Position numbers and translations under genes: made by a program. Under the pieces are notes generated by a model. It ran no database searches. It had not been told where the DNA came from and worked only from the letters and a program-made list of their open reading frames with translations. Below, in pieces: positions 13,574 to 24,650 of a stretch of 64,000 nucleotides of DNA (its first letter is position 1; every line of letters begins with the position of its first letter). The stretch lies in NCBI GenBank assembly GCA_964016885.1, contig OZ024744.1, positions 70,618,001 through 70,682,000 on the forward strand, written 5' to 3'. Origin of the DNA: Eledone cirrhosa. Its lineage: Eukaryota.

Positions 13574-13632
13574 ATGCCATCAGAGTAGTAGAAAGGACAT
13601 ATCTTCAATCAGATCTACCTGCTGTTATGTAA
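13574..13632 (+). CDS. Putative last exon of the small gene ((D)AIRVVERTYLQSDLPAVM*)
   Basis: tttacatttataacAG acceptor; phase 1 completes GAT with exon 2; TAA followed 5 nt later by AATAAA (13638). Confidence 0.3.
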
Positions 13633-13701
13633 TGGGCAATAAAAAACATGCTGCTAAACAAGTAAAAGTTGAGCTAATCCACTTTGGAAAAGAGAAAGCA
13701 C

Positions 13702-14175
13702 TTAACCCTTTAACATTTACATTACTCTATATTTACTATTGTATTTTATGGTAAAGGCTTTACCTCACATAATTATTTCGCATAATATCGAATCTACAGG
13801 ATTTTGATGTTCTTTATTTTGAGAACAATACCTTAACATCAGTATGATGCAAGTACTACAACATTTTTATGATGTGGAAAATATTGCTTAAATGATGCAG
13901 TCTTCTATAATAACCAAGCTTGTATCACATAACATTACAGCAGAACTGTTTTTCAGCTCAGCTAGCTCGGCATTCTTTAATTCTTCACCATTTAAACTGG
14001 CCGTATCTAGTCAGAATTCTCTCATCTCTTCAAACTGGCTGCTCATACTTAGTTAAGGTATTATTCTTAAAATAAATAATATCAAAATGTCATAATTTCG
14101 ATATTATTTGAAATAAAGTGTTAACCATGAAAATATAATAGTAAATATAGAGTAATGTAAATGCTAAAGAGTTAA
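13702..14175. mobile_element. piggyBac-type MITE; related copies at 14317-14544, 34498-34714, 37190-37395, 45730-45908, 51196-51401, 53910-54044 and 59697-59899
   Basis: TTAA target duplication with CCCTTTA(G)CATTTA termini; shared internal sequence in all copies. Confidence 0.8.
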
Positions 14176-14799
14176 TATCACATAAGGAAGAAGATCCTGT
14201 GACATTCAAAAAGGTCCTTGGACAAATTCCTCTAAGTAATTCCAGACAAACCACCTACACTTGTATATGTTACTGCCAAGAGCAAATTTTAGTTTCAATA
14301 TATTGTGCATTGTCATTTAATCCTTTAGCATTTACATTACTCTATATCTACTATTGTATTTTTGTGATTAAGGTTTTATCTTTCATAATTATCTCATATG
14401 ATATTGAATCTACAAGATTTTGATGTTATTTATTATTTAACAATACCTTAATGTCACTATGAACAGCCAGTTACAGGCGGTTTGAACAGAAATAGGTGAG
14501 AGAATACTGGCTGGATATGGCCGGTTTAAATGCTAAAGGGTTAAAGGGTTATTCTAAAGACTTTATTGCCACACCAAGTATGTATATATATATGTGTGTG
14601 TGTGTGTCTTTATATGTATATATATAATTTTTGTATACCATCATTATCAACACTGTTTAACATCTATTTTCCATGCTTGCATGGGTCAGTTGGGTTATCT
14701 TATTCCAAGGCTAGGTACATCAGATAACCAAGTCATGCTCATATGGGCATGGTTTCTACAGCCAGGTTATTGTTTTTACTGGGTGTTTTTTTTATTGTG

Positions 14800-15440
14800 G
14801 CACCACCACTACCACCTTCCAGGTTGGATAGGATTGTTTTTACCAATACTACTACTTTACAATGTGGACTGGGTGCAATTTTATCATGGTTCCAGCACTA
14901 CCACTTTCCAGGTTGGATAGGATTGTTTTTACCAATACTACTACTTTACAGTCTGGACAGGGTGCAATTTTATCATGGTTCCAGCACTACCACTTTCCAG
15001 GTTGGATGGGATTGTTTTTACCAATACTACTACTTTACAATGTGGACTGGGTGCAATTTTATCATGGTTCCAGCACTACCACTTTCCAGGTTGGATGGGA
15101 TTGTTTTTACCAATACTACTACTTTACAGTCTGGACTGGGTGCAATTTTATCATGGTTCCAGCACTACCACTTTCCAGGTTGGATGGGATTGTTTTTACC
15201 AATACTACTACTTTACAGTCTGGACTGGGTGCAATTTTATCATGGTTCCAGCACTACCATTTTCCAGGTTGGATAGGATTGTTTTTACCAATACTACTAC
15301 TTTACAATGTGGACTGGGTGCAATTTTATCATGGTTCCAGCACTACCACTTTCCAGGTTGGATGGGATTGTTTTTACCAATACTACTACTTTACAATGTG
15401 GACTGGGTGCAATTTTATCATGGTTCCAGCACTACCATTT
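14800..15440. repeat. Minisatellite, about 7 copies of an 89-bp unit derived from the LINE/SINE 3' UTR 45-bp repeat
   Basis: AGGTTGGAT anchors at 14821, 14910, 14999, 15088, 15177, 15266 and 15355 (exact 89 spacing). Confidence 0.95.
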
Positions 15441-16124
15441 TAGATCATTAGGATGTTTGTAGCATCCTTGGCAAGGTTGGAGAAAAAGCATTGTAAAATG
15501 TGGGAGGTCCAGGATGAGTTGGTGGACGGGCTGAGGGTAAAGTGGGGTTCATCCCACACAGTGTGCTTGTATGTCTGTATTTGAGTGTGTGTGCATATGT
15601 ATGTATGTATATGTGTGTGTGTGTGTATATATGTTTATGTGTATATATATATATATATGTATATCATCATCATTAAGTAGGATAGGTCTTTTCCAACATA
15701 GCTTCTATCCACCTGCTACATTCCATTGTCATCTTCAATGAAGTTCAAAGTTTTGAGATCCTCTCTCACCACCTCAACCAAGTTCTTCCTCTACTGTATC
15801 CTTCCACTGAGTACTCATGGCAGTTCTCCATCTAACAAACCTTATCTATACATATTACATGTCCAAACTAGCACACTGCATCTGATTCATCTCATATTCA
15901 ATTTCTCTCTCAGCTCATCTATGCTTTACTATTCATGCACATTAACATCACACATCCATCGAAGTATGTTCACTTCATTTCTCTCCACGCTTTGCATATC
16001 GTCACCATTTAATGCACATTTCACTTTTTTGCAACATTGCACATCATACATATATCATACAGGCTGCCCTTCATTTTGTAGAAACATTTGTTGTTACTGT
16101 GAGTATATATATATATATATATAT

Positions 16125-16314
16125 AATTGTTTCTACTTTTGACACAAGGCCAGCAATTACCCAGTGTATTACTGGTACTTTATTTTATCGACCCCGTAAG
16201 GATGAAAGGCAAAGTTAACCTCGGCGGGATTTGAACTCAGAATGGCAAGGGCCGTAACTCCATGCGTCAAAGCATGGCGTCCGACCCTCTACCGATACTG
16301 CCAATCCACCGCCC
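16125..16314 (-). mobile_element. tRNA-derived SINE with Nin-like central domain; related copies at 44782-44955, 35260-35415 and three in tandem at 51563-52245
   Basis: Head GGGCGGTGGATTGGCAGTATCGGTAG, B box GAGTTCAAATCC, core GCCTTTCATCCTTACGGGGTCGATAAAATAAAGTACC. Confidence 0.8.
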
Positions 16315-17156
16315 TTATATAATATATATAATATATATATATATATATAATCATCATCATCATCATCATTTTTTTCATCATTTCATTTTTACGCCCGCTT
16401 TTCCCTGCTTGCAAGGGTGGGACGGGAACTAATTCTGGCTTGATTTCTACAGCTGGATTCCCTTCCTAACACCAGTGAGTGCTGGGTACTTTTTTGCCGT
16501 GGCACCTCCACGACCACTTTACAGTGGAATGATAGTCCCTATCATCTCATTTCTACAGCTGAGTAAACTGGAGCAATGTGAAATAAAGTGTCTTGCTCAA
16601 GGAAACAACACATTACCCAGTCTGAGAATTGAACTCACAACCTTTCGATTGCAAGGCCAATGCTCTAACCACTAAGCCATGTGCCTCCACATATACATAA
16701 TATATATATATAATATAAGATTAAAAGATGGTTAAAAGAGTTATATATAATATATATATATATGCTAGCGTGGAAAATGGACGTTAAACGATGATGATGA
16801 TAAATATAATATATATATATTATATATGTATATATATATAATATAAGATTAAAAGATGGTTAAAAGAGTTATATATATATATATAGTATTAAGGATACTA
16901 TTTATGGTTATGTATATACTAAAACCTTTTATAGTTATATATATTTTAGACCCTAAATAGTGAAAGACAGTAATTTATTACTATCTTATTACCAGTAAGA
17001 TAAATAGCTCAATGTAACAACATCAGTTGTTTTACAGAGCAGTTATATAGAAATTACATGAATCAAAGTTCCGTTTAAATCATGTAATTTATATATATAT
17101 ATATATATTATATATATATAATATAAGATTAAAAGATGGTTAAAAGAGTTATATAT

Positions 17157-17212
<56 letters not shown>

Positions 17213-17309
17213 GCTTTCTTTATTAACCACAAAGGTTTACATAAAGTAGACAGTAAGGACAGTACAGGACAATATATATATATATATATTATATATATAT
17301 ATATATATT

Positions 17310-18160
17310 TATTAAAATAACAGATTAAGGTTTAAGCAAAGAATCGCTGCTTTCACCCTTAACGGGATCTTCTGAAACTAACAGAGTCAATCTGTAAACG
17401 CAGAAGTGGATATTTAAAAAAACATTGCAACCGGAAGAAGACAGGAAGACGATACTTTGGTTTGTGGAAACGTTCCCTGGCAAAGAACAGGAAAAAACGA
17501 ATATAATACGTCATTAATAGGAGCAGTGAAAAACAATTACGCGCAAAGACAGAACCACGTTTATGGTATAAAAGAAGTCGTAGACTAATGTTCTCTTAGG
17601 TGGTTGATAGAGACGTTCTCTGGCAATGAACGGAAAAAACGAAGATAATACGTCATATGTGGAGCATGGAGAACAATTGCACGCAAAGACAAAACCACGT
17701 AAATGGTATAGCTGAAGTCGTAGACTAAAATTCTAACTAGGAAACCGAATGATTCTCGGCTTCAGAGTTAAGAATAAAGTAAATAAAATACAGAGGTAAT
17801 AGAAATTAAATAAATACATACACGCATGCAAATACATACATACACAAGCATACGCGAAAACACTTGCCATAGGTATACAAAACGACGCACATATAAATAT
17901 GTGTGTATGTGTGCGTGTATACAAATAATTAAATAAACGTATATAAATAAATAAATACGTATATAACAAGTGCACACACATACCTACATGTAAATACACA
18001 AATGTTCGGAGACGTAAGTCAACCAAAACATGAAGTACACATATACACACACCCTACATACGTACGAACCTGCATACTTACACAGAGGCAAAACCCCCGT
18101 ATACACATAACCAAACCATATGTACCAGAATATATAACAAATTATACGCCAATTATATAT
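17310..18160 (-). mobile_element. Non-coding Penelope-like (pLTR/retrozyme-type) element with internal ~145-bp direct repeat and terminal hammerhead-like motif
   Basis: Direct repeat ~17469-17592 vs ~17613-17733; hammerhead fold at its 3' end; flanked by (TA)n; end shared with 23535-23762 and 41915-42075. Confidence 0.5.
17320..17395 (-). ncRNA. Type I hammerhead ribozyme-like fold with variant core (CAGAAGA...GAAA, CUU cleavage triplet)
   Basis: Minus strand reads ACAGATTGA-ctctgtta-GTTT CAGAAGA T-CCC gttaa GGG-T GAA AGCA gcgattctt TGCT T AAAC-c-TTAATCTGT. Stems I (with distal extension), II and III all pair around the core. Confidence 0.6.
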
Positions 18161-18170
18161 ATATTATTAT

Positions 18171-18508
18171 GGAGGCACATGGCTTAGTGGTTAGAGCATT
18201 GTCCTTGCAATCGAAAGGTTGTGAGTTCAATTCTCAGACCGAGTGATGTGTTGTTTCCTTGAGCAAGACACTTTACTTCACATTGCTCCAGTTTACTCAG
18301 CTGTAGAAATGAGATGATAGGGACTGGGGTCCATATCATTCCACTGCAAAGTGGTCGTGGAGGTGCCACGGCAAAAGAATCACCCAGCACTCACTGTAAA
18401 TGAGGTTGGTGTTAGGAAGGGCATCCAGCTGTAGAAATCAAGCCAGAATCAGTTCCTGTCCCACCCTTGCAAGCAAGGAAAAGCGGACGTAAAATGATGA
18501 TGATGATA
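18171..18508 (+). mobile_element. Full-length tRNA-derived SINE with RTE-LINE-derived 3' tail; copies at 16350-16690 (-), 25267-25597 (-), partial 24935-25133 (-)
   Basis: A box TGGCTTAGTGG, B box GAGTTCAATTC, CCTTGAGCAAGACAC core; tail GGTGTTAGGAAGGGCATCCAGC...GGACGTAAAA(TGA)n shared with the local LINEs. Confidence 0.88.
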
Positions 18509-18669
18509 TATATATAATATAAGATTAAAAGATGGTTAAAAGAGTTATATATAATATATATAATATATGTCTCCAGCTACCTGCCGGTGTAACACGCAAT
18601 AAATTAAGTCCAGATGCATCACTGATTTTTCGTTTTCTTTATACTATATATAATATATATAGATAGATA

Positions 18670-19502
18670 CAGGGTAGAACGATATTTGTTCGCAAGATTA
18701 CTGTCTAGGAAAAAATAACACAGTAGTTTTATTTTTTAAGATTTATTTATCAAACTTGGATCAGTTTGTCTTCATGACTCACTCGATAAAACTGCCATTG
18801 GCTTTGATGACGGCCTCAAGGCGGCCTCGGAACCAGCTACAGGCCTTCGTCATTGTCCCCCCGACTTAGGCCCCTAAAGGCACTTGTGATCCTGGCCTTC
18901 AGTTCGTCTTTCTTATTGCAACTAGATCTGTTGGTGTCTTGTTCCAATGCGCCCCACACAAAGAAGTCGAGAGGGTTGCAGTCAGTCGAGCTGGGAGGCC
19001 AGATGTCAGGTGAAGTGTGGTCGACGAAGTTTTCTGACAGCCAGGCTTGGGTTTTTTGGCTAGTATGGCAGGGCGCTGAGTCTTGCTGCCACACGTACGG
19101 CCTACCTGCAGCTACCTGGTCGATCCAGGGCTTTACTACCTTGCTCAGAATGCGGATGTAGCCATCGGTGTTCAGCTTGAGGCCCTCAGGGAAGAAGTGA
19201 GGTGGCGTGACATCACCTTGACTGCTGACGACACCTAACACGTCTTTGGATGAGACAGCGATCCACCTGTTGTTCTGGGAGTTGATCTTCTGGTCTTATT
19301 TGTCCTCCTGGCGGAGATTCCAAGAAGATCTCTGTGTCTCTTCCACAAATTTGGAGGTTCAAAATTAATCATAATCAATTATTCTGAAAATAAATAATTG
19401 AAATATAGTCACTGTTTTTATGAAAACAAGAGTGACAACGGAAGTAAAAAAATTTGCATAAAATTAGCAGTTGAAAATTGTGAACAAATCATCCGCACCC
19501 AG
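18670..19502 (-). mobile_element. Internally deleted Tc1/mariner element, DD37D (maT) family
   Basis: ORF 18837-19241: WQQD-SAP...WPPSSTDCNPL-DFFVWG with 37 residues between the two Asp; degenerate TIRs CAGGGT...ATTTGTTC.CAA, TA flanks. Confidence 0.88.
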
Positions 19503-19529
19503 TATATATATATATATATATATATATAG

Positions 19530-19746
19530 GAACGATCGACTTTCGTCAAATCGGACCGAGGGAACAATGTTTCCGTTGGTTTTTCCAATTGTTAATACTA
19601 TCTATCGGTCGCAACTCCAGGTAGAAGGAGCAACGTGAAATAAAGTGTCTTGCTCAAGGACATAGCGCATCGCCTGGTCCAGGAATCGAACTCACAACCT
19701 TACGATTGCGAATCCAATTCTCTAACCACTCAGCCACACGCCTTCA
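19530..19746 (-). mobile_element. tRNA-derived SINE, second tail type; related copy at 29693-29900 (+)
   Basis: GGCGTGTGGCTGAGTGGTTAG head, GAGTTCGATTCC B box, CCTTGAGCAAGACAC core. Confidence 0.8.
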
Positions 19747-19927
19747 CTACGATATATATATATAATATATATTATATATATATATATATAATATATATAT
19801 AATATATATTATATATATAATATATATTATATATATATATGATAAATATATATATTATATAGTTATATATATAATATATATTATATATATATAATATATA
19901 TTATATATATATTATATATATTATATA

Positions 19928-19974
<47 letters not shown>

Positions 19975-20097
19975 ATATTATATATATATATATTATATAT
20001 ATAATATATATATATATAATATATATAATATATATATATATATAATATATATATATATAATATATATATATATTATATATATAATATATATATATAT

Positions 20098-22092
20098 CAT
20101 CATCATCATCATCGTTTAACGTCCATGTTCCACGCTTGCATGGGTTTGGACGGGAGTTTTCCCACTTGAGGCAAGAGTGGTTGTCTTGCTCGCATAGGAC
20201 TGTCTGGCGGGTTTTCTACAGTTGGATGCCCTTCCTAACACCAACCACATTTACAGTGTGGGGCTGGGAGGTTTTTACCGTGTTGCCTACATGGCCACAT
20301 TACAGCGTGGACTGTCTGGCGGGTTTTCTACAGCTGGATGCCCTTCTTAACACCAACCACATTTACAGTGTGAGACTGGGAGGTTTTTACCGTGTTGCCT
20401 ACACGGTCACATTACAGCGTGGACTGTGTGTTTTTTTGTCGTGACACCTACACGATCTCATTTGTTTCGGCCTGGATTTTGTGGCACCAACATAACTTTA
20501 CATTGAAAGGGGTGGGGGTGGTGGGACGGGGGTGTATTTTGTTAGAGATGCCTACTGACTGTAGTAGGTTTTACTTTGTATTTAGGTAAGGCGGATCTTC
20601 TCTATTACTGAGTACCGCCAAAGGTCTCGGTCCAGTGACATTGTCTTGGAGAGGTGTAAGTGTGTGAGGTCGGAATTTATCAGCTCGTCCCAGGTTTTTC
20701 TGGGTCTGCCTACTCCGTGGCTACCGTCTATCTTTATTGCCCTGCACTTTGCTATACAGCTGTCGTCTTTCATGCGCATCACGTGACCATACCAACGTAG
20801 CCTTCTCTCGAGTAAACAACATCTGATCCCTCTTATTTCTAATTTTTTCCTTAGTTCGTTTATGCTTTGCCGTTCGCGTATATTACTATTACACATCCAG
20901 CGGAGCATGCAAGCTTCGTTCCTCTCTAGTCTGCGTATATCCTCTGCACACAATGCCCAGGTCTCACTGCCATGCAACATTGCTGTTCGTATGCAGGCAT
21001 CATACAACCTGCCTTTCATTTTTAGGGAGAATCCTTTAGCGGCTAATAGTGGTATAAGCTCTCTGAACTTTTTCCATCCAGTTCTGACTCTAGCTACTGT
21101 ACTTTCAGAGCACCCTCCCCCACTGCTGATTTTGTCACCCAGGTAACGGAAGCTGTCCACTATTTCTATAGAACCCTCTGCGCAGTTGAAAGAGCTAGTA
21201 TTTTGTGGGCACTTGCTGCTACTTATTGCACCAGAGCACCGGCCACATGTAAAATCTATGTTCTTAGTTAGCTTACCTGTGATCCCACTACATCTTTTAC
21301 ACACCCATACTTTGCATTTGGGACACAAAATGGAGTTTCTACCTACGCCTTTCCTACACACTGAGCATGGCCATTTCCCGGAAGGGACCGGCGCCTTATT
21401 TTCTTTCCTACAAAGTAGAACTTTAGTCTTAGCCAGGTTAATTTTAAGGCCTTTTGATTCTAGGCCGTGCTTCCATGTTTGGAATTTCTTCTCTAGCTCG
21501 GCCATTGATTCAGCTATGAGCGTTAGGTCATCTGCGTATAGGAGTTTCCATGGGCTGCCGGACTTGAACTCCTCTGTTATAGCCTGAAGAGCAATAATAA
21601 ATAGTAGGGGGCTAAGAACAGAGCCCTGATGGACACCAACTTTTACGCTAAACTCTTCACTATATTCGTTGTTAATTCTAACCTTGCTCACTGTTTCTTT
21701 ATACATGGCTTGTATAGCTCTCACAAGCCATTCGTCAACACCTAGTTTTCTAAGAGCCCACCAGATATGGAACAGGGGACTCTGTCGAAGGCTTTCTCCA
21801 AGTCGACAAAGGCTAAGTATAGGGGTTTACTTTTAGCTAGGTACTTCTCCTGTAGTTGTCGTACAATGAAAAGAGCATCTGTGGTACTTTTGCCTGACAC
21901 AAACCCGAACTGCATTTCATCTAGATCGATTCTCTCTCTGATTAGTTGCACTATTACTTTTTCCGTGACCTTTACGACCTAGTCGATTAATTTAATGCCT
22001 CTATAGTTACTCCTATCTAGGGCGTCTCCTTTACCCTTGTAACAGTTAATGATGATGTTGCTACGCCAGTCCTTCGGAACAACCCCATTCTG
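20098..22092 (-). mobile_element. 5'-truncated RTE-type LINE, family A (RT + PHD + C-terminus + 3' UTR); other copies at 27318-28177, 52652-53456, 56606-57099 and 45140-45380 (+)
   Basis: ORFs 20582-21724 and 21742-21951: AFVDLEKAFDRV, GVHQGSVLSPLLF, YADD, FRYLG, LRWYGHV; (ATG)n tail. Confidence 0.95.
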
Positions 22093-22344
22093 TATATATT
22101 ATATATATATATATATATTATATATATAACTATATAATATATATATTTATCATATATATATATAATATATATTATATATATAATATATATTATATATATA
22201 TATATATATAATATATATTATATATATAATATATATTATATATATATATATATAATACATATATATATATAATATATATATTATATATATATATATTATA
22301 TATATATAATATATATATTATATATATATTATATATATATAATA

Positions 22345-22385
<41 letters not shown>

Positions 22386-22578
22386 TTTATATATATATAT
22401 ATTATATATATATATATATTATATATATATATATATCTTATATATATATAATGTTTATATATATATATATATATTGTATATATATATATATATATCTTAT
22501 ATATATATAATGTATATATATAATATATATTATATATATATAATGTATATATATATTATATATTATATATATATATAT

Positions 22579-22612
<34 letters not shown>

Positions 22613-22631
22613 ATATTATATATATATATAT

Positions 22632-22665
<34 letters not shown>

Positions 22666-23160
22666 AGATTATATATATATAATATAGATTATATATATAT
22701 AATATAGATTATATATATATAATATAGATTATATATATATATAATATATATTATATATATTATATATATATATATATTATATATAATATATAGACCACGA
22801 AAAACATGGGCGGCGGTGGTGAGAACAGACCTCAGATCATTGAAGCTCACGGTGAAGATGACGAGGGACCGTGACGAGTGGAGAGATGCTGTGCTGAATA
22901 AGACCCGTCCCACCCTTGCAAGCAGGGAAAAGCGGACGTAAAATGATGATGATGATGATATTATATATATATATTTTATATATATAATATAATATATATA
23001 TAATGATGATGATGATGATATATAATATATATATATATGATGATGTTGATATATAATATATATATATATATAATATATGGAAAGTTATATTTAAATTGTT
23101 GGGTTAACAACGAGTAAATATTTATAACTGATATAAAAGCACTCAACAAGTATTTGGAGT

Positions 23161-23436
23161 ATATTTATGATATTAAATAAATGGAAACTATATTTATAAA
23201 ACCATATTTATTTCATTATATATTATATATTATATATTATATATTACTGCCAAATCAACTTCCCAAATGCAAGTCGATTGAAAGGTATGTCATATCTATT
23301 TATTTATAAGACTGTTTATATTGTATTTTGTCTGATGAAGGCATAACATATTGTTAATATGATATCCCTGAAATATATATAATGAAATAAATATGGTTTT
23401 ATAAATATAGTTTCCATTTATTTAATATCATATATG
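23161..23436 (+). mobile_element. Short Penelope-like element with ~60-bp inverted arms and a degenerate canonical hammerhead core (CTGATGA 23332, GAAA 23370)
   Basis: 23164-23222 is the reverse complement of 23376-23433; stem II closes AGG/CCT; AATAAA follows. Confidence 0.45.
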
Positions 23437-23534
23437 TATAATATATATATATATAATATAATATATAATATATATATATATAATATATATATATAATGTA
23501 TATATAATATATATAATATATATAGATATAATAT

Positions 23535-23762
23535 AGTAATAATATTAAATTTGAGGACTAAAATTCAAAGAGGGCTCGATAAGGATAAATATATATCAAA
23601 TATATAAGAACCGTAGAGCAAATATTTTTTTAAATAACAGATTAAAGTTTAAGCAAAGAATCGCTGCTTTCACCCTTAACGGGATCTTCCGATTAGTTGC
23701 AGAAGATCCCGTTAAGAGTGAAAGCAGCGATTCTTTGCTTAAACTTTAATATGTTATTTTAA
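23535..23762. mobile_element. Short Penelope-like element with inverted duplication of the hammerhead-bearing end
   Basis: Near-perfect palindrome 23632-23760; 23535-23600 matches 41915-41975; flanked by (TA)n. Confidence 0.55.
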
Positions 23763-23814
23763 TAAATATATATAATATATATATATAATATATATATAAT
23801 ATATATATAATATT

Positions 23815-24298
23815 TCATCATCATCATCATCATCACCGTTTTACGTCCGTTCTTCCACGCTAGCATGGGTTAGACGGGTTGTCCTGTTGTGGGCAGTGTC
23901 TGGTCGGCTGACCATGCCTTGCTCATACAGGAACTGATCTGGCTTGATTTCTACAGCTGGATGCCCTTCCTAACACCAACCTCATTTACAGTGAGTGCTG
24001 GGTGCTTTTTCGTGGCGCCTACACGTCCACTTTACAGTGTGGGCTGGGTGCTTTTTTGCCGTGGCACCTCCACGACCACCTTGCGGTGGGGGGGGGGCAT
24101 ATTGTTTATATGCTTCAGCATGTACCCATGGGAGGTCGGGTACCCTGTATTACTGCGTGACGCCAGAAGTCACGGTCGTGTGTCATTGACTTTGAGAGGT
24201 GTAGTTGGGTAAGGTCGGCTTTTATCACCTCATCCCAAGTCATCATTCCGGATACACTTCTCTCCAATGACATCACAACTATCTCTGACACACTGCCA
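23815..24298 (-). mobile_element. Family B LINE derivative with large internal deletion
   Basis: 3' UTR nearly identical to 54231-54659, joined at about 24244 to sequence matching 56330-56384. Confidence 0.85.
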
Positions 24299-24300
24299 TA

Positions 24301-24341
<41 letters not shown>

Positions 24342-24609
24342 ATTTATATATAATATATATATATAATATATATTATATATATCTTTCATCCTTACGGGAT
24401 CGATAAAATAAAGTACCAGTAATGCACTGGGTTATTGCTGGCCTTGTGCCTAAAGTAGAAACAATTATATATATATAATATATATATATATAATATATAT
24501 ATATATATAATATATATTATACTACCCTAAGTATTGAGTACTTTGGTGCGTTATGGTCCACCTGGTTCCTTACCACATTTCCTTTGTTATAATATATGAT
24601 ATATATATA

Positions 24610-24650
<41 letters not shown>

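Noticed and set aside
14594-15451. Overlapping repetitive ORFs of 108-193 aa, and a CRISPR-like appearance
   Set aside because: By-product of the stop-free 89-bp minisatellite; units are contiguous with no unique spacers and no cas genes.
18171-18245. tRNA gene candidates (also 16615-16690, 19675-19746, 12518-12580)
   Set aside because: A/B boxes run into SINE bodies and the acceptor stems do not close; these are SINE heads.
16711-18546. 30-nt direct repeats with unrelated intervening DNA, resembling a CRISPR array
   Set aside because: Spacing is irregular (about 130, 280 and 1400 bp), the intervening DNA is TA tract and transposon pieces, and the context is eukaryotic.
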